Origin: an uncultured Methanosarcinaceae archaeon
GTDB taxonomy: Archaea; Halobacteriota; Methanosarcinia; Methanosarcinales; Methanosarcinaceae
DNA length: 64,000 nucleotides
Direction of reading: 5' to 3'
Assembly: GCA_963833425.1 (NCBI GenBank)
Contig: CAWHXP010000008.1
Span: 404,578 to 468,577 of the forward strand
Position 1 is the stretch's first letter. Every line of letters begins with the position of its first letter. Below are positions 1 through 10,571 of this stretch, piece after piece. The position numbers and the translations under genes are program-made. The notes under the pieces are model-generated. The model was not told the origin of the DNA and searched no databases. It saw only the letters and a list, made by a program, of their open reading frames with translations.

Positions 1-647
1 TTGCAAGGGCAGAAGACAATATTTTAAAAATATCTATGCTTCTTGAAATTGGCAAAAAAGAGCCTTCTCATGAGATCACAGAGGATAGTATATCTATCGC
101 TTCTCTTTTAGCCCTTGACTTTTTTCTGCCTTCATTTTCTCAAGTCATGGATAGAATACTCTCCGATATTAAAACTAACAAGATCGAGAAAGCAATCTCA
201 GTAATTCGTAAAATGGGAGAAACATGTAATAGAGGCACACTTATTAAAAACGGCCATTTTACAGCAAAAGAAGGCGATGAAATTATTGAAGCAATGGTTA
301 TAGGTTCAATTGTAGATGTAAAAAAAGTAAAAGAAACAAAATTAATTACATATATCTTAAAAAGTGATGCAAAAGTTGTCAATGTTCAATCCACAGAGCT
401 CACAGGTTTGTTTATCAATCTTCGCAATGTTCGCAATCTTCGCAATCTTCGCACATACACTGTAGGTACAACTACCCTTGCGAAGATTGCGAAGATAGAT
501 AATATACCTACATGTAGCGCGTTGCCGGAAGGATCTTCTAGTGTATGTGCGAACATTGCGAATATTGCGAACATCGAACAAAGCTTGTGTTCCAGTGTAG
601 TCTCTGTAGAAGAAGCCGCTAGAATTCTAGAAGAGGAAGGGTTTTGA
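1..647 (+). CDS. C-terminal part of a mobile-element replication protein (DUF3987/primase-helicase-associated type), probably truncated by the window edge
   Basis: A helical/winged-helix-like tail is followed by low-complexity LRN/IAN repeats encoded by DNA repeats. Its TGA abuts the ATG of the polymerase gene. The family assignment is inferred from context. Confidence 0.5.
   Translation, partial: ARAEDNILKISMLLEIGKKEPSHEITEDSISIASLLALDFFLPSFSQVMDRILSDIKTNKIEKAISVIRKMGETCNRGTLIKNGHFTAKEGDEIIEAMVIGSIVDVKKVKETKLITYILKSDAKVVNVQSTELTGLFINLRNVRNLRNLRTYTVGTTTLAKIAKIDNIPTCSALPEGSSSVCANIANIANIEQSLCSSVVSVEEAARILEEEGF
420..580. repeat. Iteron-like 9-bp repeats arranged as a long inverted repeat
   Basis: (C/G)TTCGCAAT x4 at 420-455. 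Reverse-oriented ATTGCGAA copies at 478-494 and 546-572. 429-461 matches the reverse complement of 540-572 at 31 of 33 positions. Confidence 0.9.
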
Positions 648-2325
648 ATGTCTCTTCTTTTCCTTGACATTGAAACCACAGGTTTAAATCCTCTCACTTC
701 AGAACTTGTGACTTTGCAGTTATCGACTCTTTCCGGTAAGTCGATGATAATTAAAGATCCTGTGACCTTAGAAGCTCTTAAACCTAAACTTGAGAAAAAT
801 TTAGTCGTAGGCCATAACATAAAATTCGACTCTAAATTCCTGAAATATCAGTATGGAATAACTCTGTACAATATTTACGATACCTTTATAGTAGAAATAG
901 CAATCTCGGGGGGAAACTTGCTCGACGAAAAGGAGCATCACTCAAAGATCTAGTTTTTAAGTACTGTAGTGTCACTCTCGATAAGTCTGAACAGTGCAGA
1001 TTCAAGAAAGGTGAACAACTAACTGCCGAGCAGGAAAAGTATGCCCTTAATGACTTGAAATATCTTCCTGAAATTATGAAACAACAGCAAGCAAAAATAA
1101 CCTTGCTCGGCTTAGAAAATATAATTGATATTGAGATGAAATGTCTTCCTGCAGTAGTATGGTTAGAGCTTTCCGGTTTCCATGTGGACTTTGAGAAATT
1201 AGAAGAAATAAAAGCTACAATTCAAAATAAGTACCAAGAGACTGGAGCCTTCCTCCAAAAAGAACTTATTACTTTTGATAAACAATGTCAGTTAGATGGC
1301 ACGTTTGTTTCTAATGAATTGAATTTAAGCAGTCCTGAACAGCTGAAACAGGCTCTAAGGAACAAAGGTTATGACATTAATGGAACAGACGTAAAAACAA
1401 GAGCAAAGTATGTTAATGATTCTATATTTCAGAATTTATCAGATTTTAAAGAAGCTGAGACACTTCTGAAAATGTTCATTAAACCTTTACCTTCTTACAT
1501 CAATTCTAAAACTCAGCGGATATATTCTGATTTTTGGCAATATGGTGCTACATCCGGGCGGTTCACTTGCGGAAAACCTAACTTACAACAGCAGCCAAGT
1601 AAATTTAAAGATTGGAGAAAGATTTTTACTCCTGAACGTGGAAACAAGCTAATAGTAGCTGATTATTCCCAAATCGAGCTCAGAATTATAGTTCAACTAG
1701 CTAAAGATAAAAAATATATTCGTGCTTATAATGAAGACCTTGGCCTGCACAAAAATACAGCTGCAGTCATGTTTAAAGTGCCTGTGGATCAGGTTACTAA
1801 ACAGCAAAGAGGGATAGCAAAATCAGTTAATTTTGGTTTGAATTATGGTTATGGGTAAAAGGTCTTTAAAAGAGAAACTGAAACTAGAAACGGGTATCGA
1901 TTATACGGAAGATGAGGTAGCAAAGCTTATCGAAAACTTCAAAAACTTATACCCTGATGTAACAAATTATCTTAAAACAATAAGTCAAAAAGGCTTCAAT
2001 CGACTCGAAGTTAGAAATAAAGCAGGAAGACTTTTCAAATTTGATTAAACCTTCGGCAGAAACAGAAGAGAAATACAATGTGCAGAAAGGTAACATTGAG
2101 CGTGAATGCAAGAATTTTCCGGTTCAAGGTCTTTGTGCTGATATGCTGAAAATAGCAATGGGTAACCTTTTCTTAATCCTTGAGCCTAGAGGGGTGAAAC
2201 TCGTTAATTGTGTCCATGATGAACTTGTTTTTGAGTGCAAGACAGAAGAAGCGGAAGAAGTAGCAACAATTGTAAAAACTGAAATGGAGAAAGCTGGAGC
2301 ACTATTTTTGAAAGACCTACCATGA
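648..2325 (+). pseudogene. polA: Family A DNA polymerase (3'-5' exonuclease plus polymerase domains) with three frameshifts and a truncated C-terminus
   Basis: ExoI LDIETTG, ExoII GHNIKFD, TSGRFTCGKPNLQQ, motif A ADYSQIELR, motif B RGIAKSVNFGLNYG, motif C VHDE. Frame changes occur near 910, 1850 and 2045. Confidence 0.92.
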
Positions 2326-2653
2326 AACAAGAAAGCGATCCAGAAATTAGTTGAGCCAAAAAGAGCACAAAAGCGAAAAATTAGATTTAATATAAGTTGA
2401 AGGAAAATAAAGATAGTTAGAACAATTAAATGCAAAATAATGAATAGAGGTATCCGACAGGTTGCGTCAACAACCTGCCGGTGCCCAAGTCACCAAAAAT
2501 TAAAAATGTTATTTGATGAAAACAGGCATTGTATTCAATATATTGATTACTGTTTTCATTGAAATAGATTCCCCTTCGGGGGCTATTTGAGTCTCCTGGG
2601 CTATTCTGACCGACTTAATTTATATTTTAAAAAAATAATTAAGAGGTAATTAG

Positions 2654-2971
2654 ATGATAATTCAAAAATATTTTAATGATATGGCAACGGAAGATCAAAA
2701 AGATTTAACTGTTCAATTCGAAGAAAAGTTAAAATCGCTGTCGGATGAGTATAACCTTACAATAATTAATATAAATCTCGAATACATAGTAAACTTGCTT
2801 GATTATTTACCAGAAATATTAGACAGTTTTAAGCCTGAAACGAATCCAAAACTTCAGTCTGCATTGATGAAAGTGAGCATGTTAAAGGAGTTAATTCCGA
2901 AAAGCGCAGAGGAATTTGAATCTTTGGATATTTTAAAAGTGTTGCTCGAATGTCACACAGATATATTCTAA
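2654..2971 (+). CDS. Hypothetical protein
   Basis: 105-aa ORF preceded by the RBS-like GAGGT. No motif recognised. Confidence 0.55.
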   Translation: MIIQKYFNDMATEDQKDLTVQFEEKLKSLSDEYNLTIININLEYIVNLLDYLPEILDSFKPETNPKLQSALMKVSMLKELIPKSAEEFESLDILKVLLECHTDIF

Positions 2972-3399
2972 GATGGGAAATCTGTGGAAATCGAGACGTT
3001 GGAAGATGGTACATTGAGAATCTCGGCAGCGGATAATTAAAAGAATTTAATAAAATACAACAAAAATTGAGATATATGATCCCAGGACAGCATGGTCCTT
3101 GTCCTAGGCGATTAGGGCCGTTATTTTGAATAATGATATCAGTATCAATAGCTATCTCCTTCAGAATATATTATTGATAATGATTCTAGTGTTTATGGGT
3201 TCTTTTTGTCTCTTATAATTCAAGAGAGGTCATTTATATGATATATTTTAAATACATTCAAAGTGGTATTAATAATTTCTCCCACGGTTTTGGCAGCACG
3301 AGGTCTCATATTGCCGACACTTCATTTGTCACATCTATAGATGGTTACAAAGACAATGGACCTTGTCAAATGAATATTTTTTAATATACGATAAATCTA

Positions 3400-4590
3400 T
3401 TGGGGGATTTCTTGTTGGATCTGATTATTGATGACGAATTTCAGGTATTGATTCCACCATTGTCTTCCAACGAATACCAAACTCTTAAAGAAAATATTCT
3501 AAAGGATGGTTGTAGGGATTCACTTGTATTATGGAATAAAATCCTGGTAGATGGGTATAACCGTTATAAAATATGCACAGAACATAATCTCAAATTTAAT
3601 GTTGTTGAAAAGCCTTTTGATTCACGGAATGATGTTTGTATCTGGATTATCCAAAATCAACTCGGGAAACGCAATTTACAGTATTTCGCTAGGGCAGAAT
3701 TAGGAGTAACATTAAAACATTTTTTCCAAGAAAAAGGTTTAGAAAACAAAAGAAATGCTGGGAAATTTTATGGTATAAGTGATCTGAACTCTGTAAAAAA
3801 GCTTTTGCCGAATTCAGCAAAACCTATTTTAGACAGTGGTACAAAAATAAATGCACGAGAAGAAGTAGCAAAGATTGCGGGTGTAGGTCATGATACCATT
3901 TCAAAAGTAGAAAAAATTTTAGAAATAGCATCACCCGAAGAAATCGAGAAAGCAAGATCTGGGGAAGTTAGTGTCAATCAAATGTATAGTACAATTAAAC
4001 GAAAAGAAAAAGAAGAGCAAAGGGATCAACATGTAAAAGAAAATATTGAAAAAGTTAAGAATGGAAAGCCCATGGGGGAAATCGATGGTCTATTTCAAAC
4101 TATTGTAATTGATCCACCTTGGGATTGGGGAGATGAGAACGACAATAATCAATTTGGAAGAGCAAAACCAGATTATGCAACCATGCCATTTGAAGAAATA
4201 CTAAAATTTCCTGTAATTAGATTGGCAGATGAAAATTGTCATTTGTATTTGTGGATTACAAATCGGAGTTTTCCGAAGGGATTTGAATTAATTGAAGCAT
4301 GGGGATTCAGATATATAACCTGCCTTACTTGGGTAAAACCGAGTATCGGGCTGGGAAACTATTTTAGGGGAAGTACTGAGCAAGTACTCTTTGCAATAAA
4401 AGTGCATATGCCATTAAAAAGGCATGATGTAGGTACTCATTTTGAAGCTCCAAGAGGAGAAAAACATAGCGATAAACCTAATAAAGTTTATGATCTGATT
4501 GAAAATTGTAGTTATGGGCCTTATTTAGAAATCTTCAGTCGGCATCAACGAGATGGTTGGATTATGTGGGGGGCTGATGCCCAATGTTAA
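3400..4590 (+). CDS. ParB/Spo0J-like N-terminal region fused to an MT-A70 family N6-adenine methyltransferase
   Basis: N-terminus has LIPPLSSNEYQTLKENI...LVDGYNRY...NQLGKRNL and an HTH (AREEVAKIAGVGHDTISK). C-terminus has IDPPW, LYLWITN, AWGFRY, GNYFRGSTE, HSDKP and LEIFSR. Confidence 0.9.
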   Translation: MGDFLLDLIIDDEFQVLIPPLSSNEYQTLKENILKDGCRDSLVLWNKILVDGYNRYKICTEHNLKFNVVEKPFDSRNDVCIWIIQNQLGKRNLQYFARAELGVTLKHFFQEKGLENKRNAGKFYGISDLNSVKKLLPNSAKPILDSGTKINAREEVAKIAGVGHDTISKVEKILEIASPEEIEKARSGEVSVNQMYSTIKRKEKEEQRDQHVKENIEKVKNGKPMGEIDGLFQTIVIDPPWDWGDENDNNQFGRAKPDYATMPFEEILKFPVIRLADENCHLYLWITNRSFPKGFELIEAWGFRYITCLTWVKPSIGLGNYFRGSTEQVLFAIKVHMPLKRHDVGTHFEAPRGEKHSDKPNKVYDLIENCSYGPYLEIFSRHQRDGWIMWGADAQC

Positions 4591-5191
4591 TGATTTCAAA
4601 ACTAAATAAGAATTCAGGCATGATCAATTGTCTAACAAAATCAGAGATGATCAAAGGCAAAAATGGTAAAACTATTTTTAACAACAAATGGCGAAAGTTC
4701 GATGAGCAAACGAATGCTGCTGGCGTGAAGTGTCTAGGTTTTGCAAAGTAAAGGGAAGAATACTAATTTCTTCTTTCTATTTTTTGGAAATTATTATTAT
4801 GGGCATCATAGTTCAGATATTCCAACATATGCGTGATCTACGCAGTGCGTACAATATTATAAAGAATAAGCTGCCAGGGTCTAGTGTTCTCTCTACTGGA
4901 ATCTCACTTATTTAAAGCATTATACAATCACGTTTGAACTTGAGATGCCCATATAACTTTTCATTAGAGTTATCCTGAAGCTGCCATTTTCCTGTGAGTT
5001 CAAATTCGTCTACTAAGCTGAACTCCCCGCTTATATCGATTGAAAAAGTCAATACTGTATAATTTCATTTGGATATGGAGAGTTGTATCAAATCTATTAT
5101 ATTTTATAGGATAACCTAAAGCTCATGAGTACTCCTAAGCATAGATATCTTAAAGCTTTTGTGTTATTGCCCTTTTTATTTTATCTTTTTA

Positions 5192-5899
5192 TCACACAAG
5201 CAGCACTGCTATAAGACCGCTCAAGAAGACGCCATCGAAGGTTCCAGCGCCGCCGATACTTACAATAGGTGCTCCAAGATCGCGAATCTTATTTAGGTTC
5301 ATTAGGTCGGAGTCTATCAATGTCCCAAGAGTTCCTCCTACATAGGCCAGGATGAAAAGGTACTGATTGGGCGCATTGAACATATCGGTCATGGTAAGAG
5401 CTGCCAAGGCTGCCGTAAGAGGTGGGAGCAAAGCTGGAGTTACTATTCCAAGGCCCTTGACTAACTTTGCAGTCCTATTCATCACTATAGCCACGAAAAT
5501 CACACATGCGATTACGTAAGGCAGCGCTGCCGAAAACTTGTAGAGAAGTGCAATTGATATCAGAGTAGGTATCACAGCCCCTCCCAAGTTGATTGCCAGG
5601 ACTGTATCTCTACTCATTTCTCCAACTACAGGTATCCTGTAGGTTACACCGAGGACATGGATATATTCCCCCTGAGCAATAGGCTCTCTAGATTTCAGGT
5701 TTGTGGCTGGCATGTTGATAGCACTACCAACGAGAGAGTCAAGCAGCACAATAAGAGCATGCTCCCAGGAGAAGCCAATTCTGGTAAAAGCAGTCCTTGC
5801 CAGGTCCAAGAACAGTAGGCTCACTTCGATAAATAGCAGAAATGCCATAAACAGCATGAATAACAGGCTTACTGGAATGTAGAACAACCGACGATCCAT
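5192..5899 (-). CDS. DUF1614 family membrane protein
   Basis: Hydrophobic ORF with AINLGGAVIP, GGTLGTLI and SIGGAGTFDGVFLSG. Confidence 0.85.
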   Translation of the reverse strand: MDRRLFYIPVSLLFMLFMAFLLFIEVSLLFLDLARTAFTRIGFSWEHALIVLLDSLVGSAINMPATNLKSREPIAQGEYIHVLGVTYRIPVVGEMSRDTVLAINLGGAVIPTLISIALLYKFSAALPYVIACVIFVAIVMNRTAKLVKGLGIVTPALLPPLTAALAALTMTDMFNAPNQYLFILAYVGGTLGTLIDSDLMNLNKIRDLGAPIVSIGGAGTFDGVFLSGLIAVLLV

Positions 5900-6074
5900 A
5901 AGGCATTTTCCGTTTTTATAGTATAAAATTATTGTAATGGAAAGACTAGAATTTATTGATAATGATTATTCGTTAGTACATTATTATATGATTGATGTTT
6001 TGAAACATTTAAATGTTAGAAAATTTCTTAGTGTCTATTTAGTCTACTAAACTTTCTTTTATCTGTTATTTTGT

Positions 6075-6400
6075 TTATAAAAACCCGGATCTTGGAAGGC
6101 TCTAGCGTATATTAATTACTCCCAGAAGGATTTCTTCATAGCTGCTATCTTTCAATGATCAGGACATGAGAGATGCCTATGACTCTGGTATCTTATCTTG
6201 CTTTTGCTAAACAGGCAGATGCAGTGTTACCGGAAGCTACTAAAACCAGTAATATAGAAATAAAGAATCTCTTCAAGACTTGTGTTTTTGGTGTTCAGCA
6301 TGGACTAGGGCGGAGTCTCTTGCGTTAAAAATTGATAAATCAACTCCATACGCAATCGAACTATTGAGCCATTATAAGCAGAATTATAAAAAATATAGAG
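6075..6400 (+). pseudogene. Remnant of a second, different family A DNA polymerase (motif A-B region)
   Basis: Manual translation across frameshifts: ALAYINYSQKDFFIAA / NDQDMRDAYDSG / YLAFAKQADAVLPEATKTSNIEIKNLFKTCVFGVQHGLG / AESLALKIDKSTPYAIELLSHYKQNYKKY. Confidence 0.7.
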
Positions 6401-6851
6401 CATGTTCTGAAGCGAAGTGGATATCTAACAGCTCGATCGAATATCTCATTTAAAATACAGGAAAATTTAGTAATCATAATTAAATTTAATGTATTATTAT
6501 GAATTATAACATCTGAAACCGTTTCATGCCAATAAATAAATTACCAAATTTATATTATTCTAATGTAATAAAAGTATATAAAAAATATCTCAGACTAACT
6601 TACCGTGTTGTGTAGGTCAAAACATGGAGGTTTAAAATAGGTCCAAAACTGAATGATCCTGGGCTACCAGGTAGACTTTTATAAAAAGTTTGATGAATAT
6701 ACCTTACTAAAAACAATAGCTCAAAGTGGCTGAATGGCTCTTATTTGATTCGACGCATATAAATCCACTTGCATGCCGAACAAAAATAACTTAATATTAA
6801 ATAAAAGCTTAGCTAATATTAAGTATAAAAAATAAAAAAACGGTGTTATCG

Positions 6852-7273
6852 ATGGCAAGACCTAGTAAATTAACTCCAAAAATACAAAAAAGAATCGGTG
6901 AAAATATTGCGCTCGGATTGACTTATAGCTTGCTGCTTCGGCAGCCGGCATAACATACAAGACATTTAATGAATGGATGAACAAGGGGAAGACAGAGAAA
7001 TCTGGTAAACATTATCAATTTTTTAACTATATCCAAAAATGCAATGCAGACGGAGCTAGGAAACTTCTTGAGCGGTTAAATGATGCAGCTGCAACTGGAA
7101 ATTGTCAAGTTTGTATGTGGGTGCTCGAACGGCGTTTCAGTGACGAATTTGGAAAGCGGGTCTATAGGAAAACAAATGTTATTTCAGAGAGTATAAGTGA
7201 AAATGTTGAACTAACAATCAAGGACGGAGATCAAATTAGAAAACAAATTTTAGCGAAGTTTGATGGGAGTTAG
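6852..7273 (+). pseudogene. HTH protein resembling a phage terminase small subunit, frameshifted near 6930
   Basis: MARPSKLTPKIQKRIGENIALGLTYS joins by a 1-nt shift to AASAAGITYKTFNEWMNKG...WVLERRFSDEFGKR. Confidence 0.6.
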
Positions 7274-7380
7274 GAAAGTTACGAGTTATCAGCTGATTAT
7301 GATTTTTATCTGAAACTGAGGTATTTTTAACAGAAAGTTCTTCACTACTAATTTGATCCTATGGTCAATTGTAGTCAGAG

Positions 7381-7670
7381 TTACCAATATCGCCACCAAA
7401 GCTTACTTTTTTCTGCATTCTCCTGAAGCAGTTTAATGTTTAGCATGCTATTTTTCTGGATTAAACTTTGAATATGCAAAGCCTATTTGTGCATATTTTC
7501 ATTTAACTTTTCTATCTTCTTATCCTTTGTATGTAGCTCTCGTCCTTAATGCTTATCGAACAAAAAAGTTATTGGATCCAAATTTTTAGCTTGCCTATTC
7601 TGGCCTGTTGCAGTTCATCATTATCTTTGACTTCATAACTTGAATTCTCACTATAATGCTACTCGGCATG
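7381..7670 (-). pseudogene. Remnant of a plasmid/MGE-type coiled-coil protein with a WW-type C-terminus
   Basis: Fragments KDKKIEKLNENMHK*ALHIQSLIQ and LLQENAEKSKLWWRYW*. Confidence 0.45.
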
Positions 7671-8174
7671 TAAGAGAAGAGTGATTCTTTCTGCTCCGAT
7701 CAAATTTTATGAGCAAAAAAAGCCTTTTTACTCTTCTTTACTAAAATTAATCCAAGTAATCTATTTTTGTGCCTAGATTTTATTATAATCTATTTATTTA
7801 GATCTGTAAATTAACAAAAATCATAACAGCTGTGGGAACACTAACTAAATGACGATTTTTTAATTTTCTTATTTAATTTCTATTTTTTGAAAGAGGGCAT
7901 ACCCTCTCCATTGCTATCGAATGAAAAAACCTGCCTTACGACTTTCCGTATCTTATAAATGATTTATATTCACGATTATACGATTAGATTTTGATCAGAA
8001 ATTAATCGATGTTAAAAAGCTAACAACTTTTGTGATTATAAATCTATAACTATAATAATTTATACAAAAAGTTTAAATCGTTACTACCCTCTAAAAATGT
8101 AGATAAACATTCCAGATCTTGGGAATAATGGTCAAATTTTACTGGCTAATAATATAGAAAAGGAATTGAAATAC

Positions 8175-8300
8175 ATGATCAATAAACATAAATTGTATTC
8201 GATAGCTTTAATTTCAGCAACTACGATTTTTATGCTTGTAAGTATAGCAACCTCAGCACCATTTGCATATATTACAAACTATGGCTACAATGTTGCTTGA
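8175..8300 (+). pseudogene. Signal peptide and start of a YVTN beta-propeller surface protein, truncated
   Basis: MINKHKLYSIALISATTIFMLVSIATSAPFAYITNYG then a stop codon. Confidence 0.6.
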
Positions 8301-8390
8301 TTTTAGACATCAACTGTGTAAATTTCAGAAGTGTTTTTGCGAAAAAATTCACATATGAAAGTCATTAGAAAAAAATCAAGAATTTTAGTG

Positions 8391-10088
8391 TTAGTTTTCA
8401 CTGTCAGCCAAACTCTTGTACGCAACTATAACATCTTGGACTGACTCGAAGATATAGTCTTTACCAATCATTTTTATGATGCCATCTTTATTCAGTTCAT
8501 TCATTACAGGCACAACTACATCACTTAGTACTAAAGTAATATCCCATTTTTTCAGTTGAGTATATACCTTTTTGAGTGCCTCTGCCGAGGTGAAATCCAC
8601 ATCGCCGATATTCGAGGCAGAAATACAAAACCATTTAAGTGCACGAGTATTTTCTGCAAGTGCAATTATTTCTTCTGTGAAGTTATTTTCGTTAGCAAAG
8701 TAGAGATTTGAGCCAAAACGATAGATAATCAAACCTTCAACAGCTTGCTGCTGTTCCGCGAGTGAAATTGTCCTCATACCACCTCCGGCATTTGGAACGA
8801 GCAGTAAGTTAAGCGGTCGGTAACTGTGGCGCAAGTGAGCGATGATCGAGAGCATAATAGCTATCTCAATGCCCTGTTCAACTCCAATAAATATAACCGT
8901 CATAGCTGTTATCAAGGCGACGACGAATTCGACAGGCCGTTGTCTGTGAAGAGCAGTCATACCTTTGATATCGACAAGGTGCAAACCAATGAGTAATACC
9001 ACTGATGAAAGTACACATGTGGGTAAATAGGCTAATGGCTGGGTAAGAAATACCAAAACTATCAAAACAGTGAAGACTGTTGTAAGCTGGGTAAGTTGAG
9101 TATACCCTCCGACACTTTTAACCATTTCTGTTTTAGTTGGACTCCCATTAACCACGAAAGTACCTGATATACCTGCTGCTACATTAGCAAAGCTCAATCC
9201 AATGAGATCTAAATTTTCATTATAAGTGTCTGAGAACTTCATAGCATAAGCCCGAGAAGTTGCAGCACTCTGGGCAAGGATGACAATAAAACAAGCCACT
9301 GATGTGTTAAGGATCTTCGGGATATCAGACAATGAAACTTGGGGAAAAGAAAGATGTGGCAAACCACCTGGTACTGTGCCAAGTATGGTGATACCATAAG
9401 AAGAAAGATCTAATGCCCAGTTTACAGCGATTGCACCAATCATTGCTAATAGTGCACCTGGTACTTTGCTGTGGATCTTTCCACTAAGAGTAATTATCCC
9501 AATCACAGATAAAGAGACCGAGAGTGTGGGAATATTTGTAAGATACAGATATTTGAACAAATATGTGATCTGCATAAGTGTTCCATATGAACCGTGAGGA
9601 ATCCCGAGTACTTCACTAAGCTCTGAGATTGAGATTTGAATGCCGATGCCTGTGAGAAGTCCTATTAGAACTGTGTGAGAAAGAAAATCAGCGAGAAAAC
9701 CGAATTGAAGTAGGCCTCCGAAGAGTAACAAGGCGGCTACAAGAAGGGCGATCATACCAGCATATGCAACATATTTTGTTGATTCGGGAGTAGCTATTGT
9801 CACCAATAAACTTGCCATAATAGCTGCCGTTGCGGAATCAGCTCCAACGGCGAGATGACGGGATGAACCAAAAATAGCAAAAGCTAACATCGGCAGCAGG
9901 ATTGTATATATTCCAGTAACTAAAGGCATGCCTGCAATCTTAGTGTACCCCATGACCTCTGGGATAGCAAGTGCTGCGAATGCGATCCCTGCAGTGATTT
10001 CCCAGGGTACTTGTGCAGGTTTAAGCGGCAAAACTCCCTGAAAAAGGGGGAATTTAAGGGATCTTTTAGGATTTTGTGTAGGTGACAT
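8391..10088 (-). CDS. SulP family anion transporter with STAS domain
   Basis: AIPEVMGY, FGSSRHLAVGADSA, GTFVVNGSPTKT, and STAS LYFAN...DFTS. Confidence 0.95.
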   Translation of the reverse strand: MSPTQNPKRSLKFPLFQGVLPLKPAQVPWEITAGIAFAALAIPEVMGYTKIAGMPLVTGIYTILLPMLAFAIFGSSRHLAVGADSATAAIMASLLVTIATPESTKYVAYAGMIALLVAALLLFGGLLQFGFLADFLSHTVLIGLLTGIGIQISISELSEVLGIPHGSYGTLMQITYLFKYLYLTNIPTLSVSLSVIGIITLSGKIHSKVPGALLAMIGAIAVNWALDLSSYGITILGTVPGGLPHLSFPQVSLSDIPKILNTSVACFIVILAQSAATSRAYAMKFSDTYNENLDLIGLSFANVAAGISGTFVVNGSPTKTEMVKSVGGYTQLTQLTTVFTVLIVLVFLTQPLAYLPTCVLSSVVLLIGLHLVDIKGMTALHRQRPVEFVVALITAMTVIFIGVEQGIEIAIMLSIIAHLRHSYRPLNLLLVPNAGGGMRTISLAEQQQAVEGLIIYRFGSNLYFANENNFTEEIIALAENTRALKWFCISASNIGDVDFTSAEALKKVYTQLKKWDITLVLSDVVVPVMNELNKDGIIKMIGKDYIFESVQDVIVAYKSLADSEN

Positions 10089-10329
10089 ATTCGATATAAT
10101 CTAGTCATATAGTGAATCAAGATTTCCAAGATAAGGATCAAAATTTAATTAATTTAAGTCGAATTTTATTGTTTTTTTAAATTTGAAAAGAAGCCGAAAA
10201 AATTAAAAGGACTTCGATTTTAGTTTTTTTCTCAAGTGTTTCTGTAATTGTTTTCAGGATTTTTATTCTGGAATAGTGCTTGTCATTTGATCCCACAACA
10301 GTCCATTGAGTATTGAATGGTGCTTGTTT

Positions 10330-10570
10330 TATGAAGCATCTCATCAATAGCAATATTATATTCTTCTCATTTGCTCCGATTTAGCCAGTCTTCATCCATT
10401 ATTTTCCAGCTTTTTTCAGGATCATTTTGCCCCCTTCTTTCATTCTTTCTGCGTTAAACGAAGCGAGGCCGCCGTCGATATCAAGAACTTTGCGTTATGG
10501 AGACAGACTTTCCAAAGCTCACATGACATATATTCAGCCTTATTCCATCCCATGAAAACACTTCTATTAT
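10330..10570 (-). pseudogene. SAM-dependent methyltransferase remnant
   Basis: Fragments VFMGWNKAEYMS and KVLDIDGGLASFNAE, separated by frameshifts and stops. Confidence 0.4.
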
Positions 10571-10571
10571 T

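Noticed and set aside
420..580. CRISPR-like array
   Set aside because: The units are 9 bp, tandem and inverted, with no unique spacers and no cas genes.
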